A DNA stretch of 64,000 bases from the NCBI GenBank assembly GCA_002269645.1, contig NIVC01002590.1, positions 95,416-159,415 of the forward strand. Reading direction: 5' to 3'. Under the pieces are notes generated by a model that worked only from the letters and a program-made list of their open reading frames with translations, did not search any database and was not told the DNA's origin. Position 1 is the first letter of the stretch; each line of letters opens with the position of its first letter. Origin of the DNA: Macrostomum lignano (taxonomy: Eukaryota). The position numbers and the translations under genes are program-made. Positions 38,701 through 49,623 of this stretch are shown piece by piece.

Positions 38701-39340
38701 CCGGGATTTTCGCCGGTTCCGGGCAGCACGGCCAGAACACGGCGCTGGTAGCCCCTGCGGACCAATCGGACGGCGGCCTGCGGCTGCCGCACTCGAATCA
38801 GTGGACCGGCCGGCCGAGTGCGCCTGGGTCGCCTGAGGGGGCGAACCTGAGGCGGAGTTGCCGGAGCAGCTTCCTGGTGCCATGATTGAGCACCTTCCTG
38901 ATCCGGAACCAACGGTGGCGCCAATGAACAGTGGCCAGCGAGAGCCGTACGAGCTTCGGCCTCGCCAGCCTGTCTGCTATAAAGTCTAGTGACTCTTTAT
39001 GACTGTACTTGACTCTTTGATTTTGTTCTTGTGGTTTCAGTCTTTGTTTGCTTTGGCGGGGGGCAGTGTTGGGCCTGGTGCGTGGGGTTGGGGTGCGCTT
39101 TTACTCCGTGTATTGTTTGTGTTCTTAACTCTGTGTGTGTACTCATGGTCCGTGGCTCACGCTCTTTGCACGTCTCTGCTTTATCGTGATTTTAATGTAC
39201 ATTGTTGGTGTTTTAGCCCTGGGGTGGGGGTGGCTACTATTGAACCTCGCTTGTAATAAATCTTATCGTTGGTTGTCGGTGCTCTTGGCACTTTCGTCTT
39301 GTCTCGTATACTCTCAGCTCATGACTTGTTCATTTCAACA
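35727..39340 (+). mobile_element. Ty3/Gypsy LTR retrotransposon, internally deleted (defective)
   Basis: 274-bp LTRs at 35727-36000 and 39067-39340 (TGTT..AACA) with at least 6 mismatches. TSD CTAAT at 35722-35726 and 39341-39345. PBS TGGCGTCGCAAGCAGGA at about 36004. Purine tract before the 3' LTR. Domain order gag-PR-RT-RH-IN. Confidence 0.95.
36028..38751 (+). pseudogene. Gypsy gag-pol remnant: gag with CCHC knuckle, protease stub fused to RT C-terminus, RNase H, integrase
   Basis: CHKCGKTGHFAKVC knuckle. KDSGAS is joined directly to LNEAKC..KFLGH, so the RT core including YxDD is absent. In-frame TAG at 37246-37248. RNase H VDAS..EREALA. Integrase H-H-C-C plus MDH / SDN / QAER. Confidence 0.9.
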
Positions 39341-40104
39341 CTAATCTTATAGGTAAACAGCAATCTAATGGCAGATCTAATATCATAGGCAAACAGCAAT
39401 CTAATGGCAGATCTAATATCATAGGTAAACAGCAATCTAATGGCAGATCTAATATAATAGGTAAACAGCAATCTAATGGCAGATCTAATCTCATAGGTGT
39501 ACGGCAGTCTAATGGCAGATCTAATCTCATAGGTAAATTGGTGCACCTGAAGCAATCTAATTTAATATTAAAACTTTAAATAGAACCACAAGGAAAAGTC
39601 ATTGACCTCATAATTATGAAAATCGCAAAGTTTATTAAAACAATGTAAAAATCTAATTAAGAAGTGAACCTTCGAATGTACATGTATTGTACTGAGTTTA
39701 AGGCATTGTTTAGCATGGTGTACAACAGGCATTTAGGCCAACTTTAAAACTTCGCACAGCATAATTTAATGACTGGAGTAAAATGTCAATAAGGAATCGG
39801 TGATTTAAAAGTAAAGCAAATTTATAATCTGCCATATTCAAAGTATATGGATAAACACTTTCAAAGGGCCAATGGAAGGGTTCTTAATAATATAGTATAA
39901 TGATTATAGCTGCTTATATCTCCACGCATTATTGATAGTTAATCGTGTAATGATTGAGCGCAATTTTAATGCTACAATACATACATATACTACTCATATC
40001 GTAGGGAAGTAAGTAGCTGCAACCATCTTTCAGTAGCTTTGTTTGACATCTACATCAAATTAGTCCTCAGCTAACACATCAGGCTTACACATTAATGTAG
40101 ACAT

Positions 40105-40380
40105 TCACTGACACATCAACTGACACAGCTACTGACACTATAACTGACACAGCTACCGACACTATAACTGACACAGCTACTAACACTTTAACTGACACAG
40201 CTACTAACACTTTAACTGACACAGCTACTGACACATCAACTGGCATGGCTACTGACACAACTACTGGCATAGTTACTGACACTATAACTGACACTTTAAC
40301 TGACACAGCTACTAACTGTAACAGTAACAGCTTCACATGTAACAGCTTCTGTAACAGCTTCACATAAAACTGACACTAAA
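40105..40380. repeat. ACTGACACAGCT-type repeat
   Basis: Degenerate tandem units sharing the CTGACACA core. Confidence 0.8.
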
Positions 40381-40435
40381 GCTGCATCATTCGAAATCGA
40401 ATATCATCTACAAACGGCTACAGACAGTTAGCAAA

Positions 40436-43400
40436 TCAATTCAAATTGTGCTTCTCCCGCAGCTGCCACGCCATCTCGAGCAGTTTCAGCCGCTCATCGG
40501 CATCATCAATATGATAGGCAGCCAGATCGGCCAGTGACAAACGGCTGGGCGCGCTCACCACGTTCGGGAACTGGGTGTGGCCCGGCAGCGCCCTGTGCGT
40601 GTCCCTGAACACCCGGTCAGCAATGGCGTTCAGCAGCCTCCAGGGCAGGAGCGACTCCCGGCGTTCCTGCTCGCTTCGCTCCGAGCTGCAAGCGCTGCGC
40701 AGGCAGCTAAGGAGGGCTCGAACTCCGAACGAGCCCGAGCTGCTGCCGGCCAGAGCTACCTGGCTGGCGCCGGCTGAGTACAACCGGAAATAGTCCGGAC
40801 TCTCCAGGATCTGCGGAAAGGGGCGGACGGACTCTTCAGGCTAATATTGCCTGTGTCTACCCTAATCTCCTAATCCCCCATTCCTCACCTAATCCCCCAT
40901 TCCTCTTCTAATCCTCCCATTCCTCTCCTAATCCCCCATTCCTCTTCTAATCCCCCATTCCTCTCCTAATCCCCCATTCCTCTCCTAATCCCCATTCCTC
41001 TCCTAATCCCCATTCCTCTCCTAATCCCCATTCCTCTCCTAATCCCCATTCATCTCCTAATCCCTTCAATTCCTCTCCTAATCCCCCATTCCTCTCCTAA
41101 TCCCCCATTCCTCTCCTAATCCCCCATTCCTCTCCTAATCCCCTCAATTCCTCTCCTAATCCCCTCAATTCCTCTCCTAATCCCCCAAATTCCTCTCCTA
41201 ATCCCCCAAATTCCTCTCCTAATCCCCCATTACTCTCCTAATCCCCCATTACTCTCCTAATCCCCCATTACTCTCCTAATCCCCCATTACTCTCCTAATC
41301 CCCAATTCTACGTAATAAGTCTACTCAATCCTCAACCCGGACATAAGCAGCGGATTCGGCAGCCAGCGACGCACCGGCAGGCTGGGCGCGACTCCCATCG
41401 TCAAGTTGTCGGCAGTTCGGCAGGCGTCGTAGAAGCCGAGCAGGAGGCGCCGGCCGCTCTGCTGGTGCACCGGCAGCGCCTCGAACAGCGGCCTGACCAA
41501 TTCGGCGTCGATATCGACGGAGCCGCCGCCGGGCAGCACGAACAGGTTGCGACCGATGGTGTTGGCGTCCTGGCTGGACACCGACAGCTCGCCGTGGCCG
41601 TCCACCAGCAGTAGCGCCTGCACCGGGTGGCCTTCGGTGGTTTTGAATTGGATAAAGTTTTGCATTGGCATATCGGTCAGGAAAATTCGAAAACTAGAAG
41701 GACCCGTTGGAAAAGTTATGCACCTGCAGAGGCATAAAAGGTGAGCGAGGTGCACAAAAGAGGCACTTTGGTGGCCTATTTCGTGCGTGCTTTGGAAATG
41801 CACCTGAGTGCACCTTTTATGCCTAAATGTCACCAATATATCTGAAAAGAGGCATGAAAGGTGTACAATCGGTGAAGTGGTCAGGCAGTAGGTGAATTCT
41901 CAATTTTGATTGGTTGCGGCGGTAGGGGCAGGAAAGGTGCATAAGGGGCACTGGAGGTGCGCAAAAGGTGAACAGTAGGCTCACAAGCGAGGCACAGCAG
42001 GTGCAGGAAAGGTTCTGAAGGGGCGCAGAAAGTGCACAAAAGGTGAATTGAGGTGCATAAGGTGTACATGTTGCAGCGTAAATATGTATACAGGTGCATT
42101 TCCAAAACACGCTCGAAATAGACCCCCAAAGTGCCTCTTCTGAGCACCTCGCTCACCTTTCATGCCAATGCACGAATTAACGCATTAATAATCAGCAACA
42201 AAAAATTAACTGAGAGTTACATACTCGTACATTGCACGCACAGATTGAACATAGAAAAGATTTATTTACACTCATACTAATCGCTGCTATCCCCTTCCTG
42301 ATCCTGACAAACCACGAAAGCAAACATTTCCTGTACTGATAAGTTTTAATAACTTTCAAATACTCAGGAAAAGTTCCAAAAAGTAGTGAAAAGTTTTGAA
42401 TCTGTTCAAAGAATAGTAAGGAAAAGTAGCAAAGAACTTTCGCAAGTTGAAACGCCCCTTGCATTGCCTCTACGCCTAAAGTGCCCATTGTGCACCCTTT
42501 ATTCACCTTTCGTGCCTCCAGTGCACACTGTACACTTTTTATGCACCTCCACCGCAGCGCACCTTTTTTTCACCTTTCACTCCACCAATGCCCCCAATTC
42601 CTACTTTGTTCACCTTTTGTGCCTTCAATGCACACTGTGCACCTTTAATGCACCCAATTCCCCTACGACACCTGTGCCCCTACCGCCTATTTCATGCCTT
42701 AAATTCACCTTTTGACCCTGCAGAGGCACTCAGGTGAACACGCGGTGCACAAGTGGCACAAAATAGGCATAAGAGAGGCGAAAGTGAGGCAGAAGGTGCA
42801 AAACTCTTCACCTTTCGTGCCTACTTTAAAAACTCAAAATCCAACGGGGGACAGCTGAAAGTACTAACAATCGCTGCCGCCAGCTTCCCTTAGCAATTCG
42901 CAGAAGTCGGCAACCACGGCCAGCAGGGCTTCCTTGGCGTCGCCGGAGTCGCCGCGGGCCCAGTCGCAGCAGACGATTGTCTGGTAGCCCAGCAGTTGCA
43001 GAGCGCCCGCTACCTGGCGCAGTTCGCCGGGCACGCATGGCAGATCGCCGCACTCGTAGCGACTGGCGCCAATGAGAAGGGCGAACTTGCGCCACGCCGG
43101 CTGAGCGACCGTGACCAGGCGATTAGCCGCGAATATCGAGAAGAAATCCGTGAGCATCACCAGGTCTGATAAGCGGGTCCTAGTAGCCGAGACCTGGAAT
43201 GTTAAATATGACCATGTTAAGTGACGGATTTTGTAAAACCTGTTTATGATCGGAAATCTGATCTATGACCAGAAAAAATCTATATGACCAGAAAGCCTAT
43301 CTATATGACCAGACAGCCAATCTATATGATCAGAAAGCCTATATGATATCTATATCTATATGATCAGACAGCCGATCTAAATGATCAGACAGCCTATCTA

Positions 43401-45958
43401 TATGATCAGAAAGCCTATATGATATCTATATCTATATGATCAGACAGCCTATCTATATGATCAGACAGCCTATCTATATGATCAGACAGCCTATCTATAT
43501 GATCAGAAAGCCTATATGATATCTATATCTATATGATCAGACAGCCTATCTATATGATCAGACAGCCTATCTATATGATCAGACAGCCGATCTAAATGAT
43601 CAGACAGCCGATCTAAATAATCAGACAGCCGATCTATATGATCAGACAGCCTATCTATATGACCGGGAAGCCAATCCTTGCGACCAGAAAGCCTATCTGT
43701 TACCAGAATGTCGTATGACAGCTCATGCACAGAACGCTGACCTGCAGTTCAGGTAGCTGCTCCTGGTACCGCTCCGCTATCTCCCTGATGGACTTCGACA
43801 CCCCAGTGAGGAAGCTGTCCACCTGCAGTCGTCCCTCGTCGCACAGGTGCTGGCGCAGCTGCGAATTCAAAGCCGAAATGCCGAACGACTGTCGATTCCG
43901 GTTGTGCCTGGCGTTGTCCAGCACGGCAGCCGCGGCGCTGCCGTAGCTGGTGGCGTGCAAGCGGTGGATCTGGCTGCCACGAACTGTCACGCCGAGGTCT
44001 CCGCCCAGGTGCACAGACGGGCAGCTGGCAATACGGCACATGTCCATCATCACCACTAGAAGGCCTTTGTCGCTGCTGTCATCGCATGCCGGTTGCCTGC
44101 GACCAGCCGACATCGCGTGATTGCCAGGCAGGCAGTCGGCCAGAGGCTTGAGGAAGTCCTCCTCGACACGGAGGAAGCTGTCGGGCTGCTCCAGCTTGGC
44201 GTCGATTGGCAGAAAACAGGCGCTGGTGGTGACGCCGTCTGCTTTGTAGTTCTGCAACATGCATGATGTTGTTTCGATATTCGATACATATCGGAACTTT
44301 AAAAGCTTTGTTATACACCGTTAATAAATTAGATACATATCAGTATTTAAATATCTTCAATACATATCGGTACTTAAATAGCTTTAATACATATCGGTAC
44401 TTAAGTAGCTTCGATACATATCAGTACATAAATAGCTTCGATACATATCGGTATTTAAATAGCTTCGATACATATCGGTATTTAAATAGCTTCGATACAT
44501 ATCGGTACTTAAGTAGCTTCGATTACAGAAACAGAACTTCCATATATATCGGCAGGGATAGCTAGGTGCACATACGTTTACGACAGTGCCATGACCATCT
44601 AACAATAGAAACAGGTGCGGCTCCGGCCCGCTCAGAAGTGCCAAAATGTGACGCAGCCGATCGATGGCGCAGAGCAGCTTTGCCCGGCTCGGATCCATCA
44701 GACGGAGGGTCCGGTAGCCCAGCTTGCGAAGGTAGTCCTCCAATTGGTCGAGCTCTCTTGTATTACCGCAACCAAGCCCCGGCATGTGCTTGTAGCTCTG
44801 GCAGCTAACTATCAGGGCGTATTTGTGCGTTCGCTCCATGTCGATAGGCAGCGGGCCCTTCGGCTTGATGTCTGGCACTGCCTGCAGCATTGGAGGCGCA
44901 GGTTGGATGCAGGGTTGCGACAAAAATGCGACTTAAGAAAGACTTAATTACTAAAGGTAGGAAGACAGGGCATTGCACTTCCTAGAAATATTTTTAAAGG
45001 CCGAGTAGGAGTTGTAGTAGCTTGCAAAATATTTAATTTCCTATTTACGTAGTAAATTCTTTGCGCAGAACTACTATTACTACTACTACTACTACTACTA
45101 CTATTACTACTACCACCACTACTAGTACTAAGTATTAGACTTACACGCGGCAAATGTGGCCTTGCCCGAACTTTCAGGCTGAACATCGCGTATGGTCGAG
45201 AACTGACGGGCAGCTGGTTGGCGAGTTGCACTGCGCAACGGTACTGGCCCTGCGGGGGTAGTTAAAGTACATGTGTACACATACAATAGATATGATTATT
45301 TGTCTTCATTATAGGCAGTCTCTTCACTTACTTGATCAGTCAGCGCCACTTGCTTAATACGCAGGTGAACACCGGTGCAGAGCACCTCATCACTGAGCGC
45401 CTTGTGCCAGGACACGCTGGCTATGGCAGCAAACTGTTCTCCAAGGGTAACACCAAACAATGCCACGCCGCCTTCATCAACTTCCAAGGTGCGACTGGCT
45501 GGTAGTAGTCTTTCAAACAAGCCGACGGGCTGCTGCTGTTGCTGCTGCTGCTGTGGTGGCTGAGGCGCCGGCGGGTTGATGCCGCGAGCGGCGGCGGCGG
45601 CAGCTTCAGCAGCGAAGCCCATGGCGGCGAGCACCTCAGCAGACTCAGGTATCCGGCGGAGCACGGAGACCAGATGGGCCAGGGTGGCGCCGCGCCGCTG
45701 GCCCATTCTTAGCAGGGCGTCGTGCGCCAAATCGATAGAATTGCTGCCAGTCTTGGCCTCGAGCTCCAGGATCTCCGTCTGCTTCAGAAAGAAGGGCATC
45801 ACGCGTTTGATGAGCGGATCGCCTGGCGGGACGCCTAACTTGGTGTATAGCGTGTGAAACTGTCCACCTGGCAGGTGCTGCAGCATGAGCTGATGCGCGT
45901 TCATTTGCCTGACGGGTCTCTGCTGCGGCTGCGGCTGCTGCGGGAGCGCGGAAACCAT
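40436..45958 (-). CDS. MALT1-like paracaspase: death domain, one Ig domain, two tandem paracaspase domains (7 exons, ~834 aa)
   Basis: Exons 45958-45332, 45249-45145, 44881-44576, 44251-43742, 43193-42869, 41631-41375, 40810-40436 are phase-consistent. The acceptor of exon 6 could alternatively be 41617. Death domain LLRMGQRRGATLAHLVSVLRRIPESAEVL. Ig SWHK..DQGQYRC. Domain 1 KYALIV/LLDGHG/MMDMCR. Domain 2 KFALLIG/LVDGHG/FYDACR. Confidence 0.85.
40860..41310. repeat. ~18-19 bp CTCTCCTAATCCCCCATTC minisatellite in paracaspase intron 6
   Basis: About 24 tandem copies. Confidence 0.95.
41720..42820. mobile_element. Foldback/MITE-like nested inverted repeats in paracaspase intron 5
   Basis: About 41730-41810 is the reverse complement of about 42090-42167. 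About 41915-41985 is the reverse complement of about 42600-42690. Confidence 0.5.
43260..43700. repeat. 21-bp CTATATGATCAGACAGCCTAT minisatellite in paracaspase intron 4
   Basis: About 20 variant copies. Confidence 0.9.
44275..44545. repeat. 27-bp GATACATATCGGTACTTAAATAGCTTC minisatellite in paracaspase intron 3
   Basis: About 9 copies. Confidence 0.9.
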
Positions 45959-47099
45959 TGAGTGTTCGTGTGCAAAACTAAAATCTTTGTGCGCAAAAAT
46001 ATAAGAGAAGACGCTATTGTTCCAAGGCCAAGCCAGAGCACACGACAGTTAATATACAGGACAGGGAATCTGCAGGCTTGCCGTGTGTGTGCGAGCGAGA
46101 CTAAGATAAGAGTTCGTGATTGCGGATATCCCTTGCTGGTGATAAAAAAAACAAATTTCTATTTATAGCCAGCCGAGCGAACTGTCGCATTAAATGCTAT
46201 CCGCGTCAGACAACTGGGGGGTTATTTAATTAGCGTGACCGGCCCGAGGGGAGGGAGTGAGAAATCAATGTACATTAACTGTACACTGTACACTCAATAG
46301 AGAGAGCCAGGCGAAGTATCTATTTATAGGCGAGTTTTAAGTTAGAATTTGGACTAGTAAACTATCTGAAAGCTGCGCTCTACTAATTCTAGGTAGGGCT
46401 AACTAAAGAGTGAAGGACCCACATGAAGGACCACATCAATTTTATTCATTTAAGGGCCCAATTTAGGCTAGACAATTGGTTTAACATCTTCCTGTTGCTT
46501 TAAATGTAGTCATTCTTACGACTTCATCAGATATACTAAGTTCCCAATTTGCTGAGTTGGGAGATTTAGACTGAGATTTAGAGATCTCAATCTCTAAAAA
46601 AGTAACAATATAGTGATCATATGGGGTAATATCTTTCTTAGTCAAAGACACTACTTTAATATGGGCGTCTGTTTAGAGTTTTAACGTAAAACTTTTCGTT
46701 TTGAAAACTTAATAATAAACTTTTGTCTATGGCCTAAACTGACAAATGTAACGTTCTATCGCAAAATCAGATATTAATTTGCGCTCAAAATGCTAAAAGT
46801 AGGCTGAAGCGATTAAAGATAATCTACTGTTTGAGCCTACAATCAAGAATAACTGGTTAATATGCTAAATTTATATTTTTAAAACCGAAATTGACGCTTT
46901 GGAAAAAGTCCACTGTTGGAGGACCTCAAGCACTGTAAAATAACAAGCATAGAAATTTAGAATAAGAAATTTTCTCAACTAGCGAAAATGTTTTATTAAC
47001 GCGTTCGACAATGCATGACAATTGAGTAAATGCTAAGACAAAGCAATAATTATCAGTAGCAAAACAGTTTTTTATGATTCTAAAATAAATAGGTTAACT

Positions 47100-48765
47100 A
47101 AGATAACCAAGATTTTCTAGCAAAATGTAATCAAAATCCTGTCGACAGGATCAGAATCCCTACAGACAGGATCAGAATCCCTACAGACAGGATCAGAATC
47201 CCTACAGACGGGATCAGAATCCCTACAGACAGGATCAGAATCCCTACAGACGGGATCAGAATCCCTACAGACAGGATCAGAATCCCTACAGACAGGATCA
47301 GAGTCCCTACAGACAGGATCAGAATCCCTACAGACAGGATCAGAACCCCTACAGACAGGATCAGAATCCCTACAGACAGGATCAGAACCCCTACAGACAG
47401 GATCAGAATCCCTACAGACAGGATCAGAATCCCTACAGACAGGATCAGAATCCCTACAGACAGGATCAGAATCCCTACAGACAGGATCAGAATCCCTACA
47501 GACAGGATCAGAATCCCTACAGACAGGATCAGAATCCCTACAGACAGGATCAGATCCCTACAAACAGGATCAGAACCCCTACAGACAGGATCAGAATCCC
47601 TACAGACAGGATCAGAACCCCTACAGACAGGATCAGAATCCCTACAGACAGGATCAGAATCCCTACAGACAGGATCAGAATCCCTACAGACAGGATCAGA
47701 ATCCCTACAGACAGGATCAGAATCCCTACAAACAGGATCAGAATCCCTACAGACAGGATCAGAATCCCTACAGACAGGATCAGATCCCTACAAACAGGAT
47801 CAGAACCCCTACAGACAGGATCAGAATCCCTACAGACAGGATCAGAACCCCTACAGACAGGATCAGAATCCCTACAGACAGGATCAGAATCCCTACAGAC
47901 AGGATCAGAATCCCTACAGACAGGATCAGAATCCCTACAGACAGGATCAGAATCCCTACAAACAGGATCAGAACCCCTACAGACAGGATCAGAATCCCTA
48001 CAAACAGGATCAGAATCCCTACAGACGGGATCGGAATCCCTACAGACAGGATCAGATCCCTACAGACAGGATCAGAATCCCTACAAACAGGATCAGAACC
48101 CCTACAGACAGGATCAGAATCTCAATAGACAGGATCAGAATCACTACAGACAGGATCAGAATCACTACAGACAGGATCAGAATCCCTACAGACAGGATCA
48201 GAATCCCTACAGACGGGATCGGAATCCCTACAGACAGGATCAGATCCCTACAGACAGGATCAGAATCCCTACAAACAGGATCAGAACCCCTACAGACAGG
48301 ATCAGAATCTCAATAGACAGGATCAGAATCACTACAGACAGGATCAGAATCCCTACAGACGGGATCGGAATCCCTACAGACGGGATCGGAATCCCTACAG
48401 ACAGGATCAGAGTCCCTACAGACAGGATCAGAATCCTTACAGACGGGATCAAAATCCCTACAGATAGGATCAGTCCCTAAAGACAGGATTAGAGTCCCTA
48501 CAGACAGGATCAGAATCCCTACAGACAGGATCAGAGTCCCTACAGACAGGATCAGAATCTCAACAGACGGGATCAAAATCCCTACAGATAGGATCAGAGT
48601 CCCTACAGACGGGATCAAAATCCCTACAGATAGGATCAGAGTCCCTACAGACAGGATCAAAATCCCTACAGACAGGATCAGAGTCCCTACAGACAGGATC
48701 AGAATCCCTACAGACAGGATCAGAGTCCCTACAGACAGGATCAGAGTCCCTACAGACAGGATAGA
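47100..48765. repeat. 21-bp ACAGACAGGATCAGAATCCCT satellite
   Basis: About 80 copies between the SMIM8 stop and the paracaspase start. Confidence 0.95.
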
Positions 48766-48820
48766 GAAAAGCAGAAAAAATGGCCAGATGCTCAGTCACG
48801 AGCGCAACAGCAAGGAGCCC

Positions 48821-49108
48821 TCAGTCCCACTTGGACCGCGGCCTGGCGGGAGCGCCTTGCTGGCCAGCGGCACTTTCAAGATTCTCCTGGCGCACATTCA
48901 TGTAGGCCAGGAAAGCGGCGCAGCAGGTCAGAGCGGTCGTGCCAATCAGCATCACGGTTTTGTTCGGCTTGGTGTACAGCTCGTAGTTCAACGCCCGAAA
49001 CATCGGCGAGGTCTTCAGGCCCGAGAGACCGCCGCCGCTGCTGCCGCCACCTCCTCCTCCAGGTTGATGCAGCTGGCCAGACTGCGCCCGCGGTGGATCT
49101 TGGCTTGA
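48821..49108 (-). CDS. SMIM8: Small integral membrane protein 8
   Basis: GLSGLKTSPMFRALNYELYTKPNKTVM..QEN..SKWD* matches SMIM8 ([29 protein letters not shown]..SKWD). The coding exon starts at acceptor AATTTCCAG with no in-frame ATG. Confidence 0.9.
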   Translation of the reverse strand, partial: SSQDPPRAQSGQLHQPGGGGGGSSGGGLSGLKTSPMFRALNYELYTKPNKTVMLIGTTALTCCAAFLAYMNVRQENLESAAGQQGAPARPRSKWD

Positions 49109-49623
49109 CTGGAAATTCGAATTTAAAAAAATTAACACGCATTGTTCGTTTTTTGGCCTACTAAAAGTAGTGCGAACGAAAAAAATTTAAGCTACGAGCT
49201 AATAGCTATATTTTTATAGCGAAACTGTGGTATCAAATATATATTAATATATGAAAACTCGTATACCTCTTTTTACCAAGACAAAATGTTTACCTATAAT
49301 AAAATATACTAAAAAGGTAATGTCCAGTGGCGTAGCTCAAGGTGGGCTGGGGGGTCATGAGCCCTCCAGACGACGACAGACCAGACAGATCACTATAGCT
49401 ACTATGACTCCGGCTCGTGACCCCCCCCAAGATGAAAATCCTGGCTATGGCGCAGGTAATGCCAACCCTTTATATTAGCACATTAGAGATTAAAAATCTA
49501 ATTGATTGAAGCATAAGTCCAAGTAGATTAAGGAAACCATTTTCAATACACTGTATATTTTGTAAATGCTCAAATGCATAAATAAACGAGTATTAACGGG
49601 TTAAATAGTCGTAAATCGCGTGT

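Larger units (their letters stand above)
35465..39545. repeat. 36-bp minisatellite GTAAACAGCAATCTAATGGCAGATCTAATCTCATGG, split by the LTR element
   Basis: About 7 copies at 35465-35726 and about 5 at 39341-39545. Confidence 0.9.
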
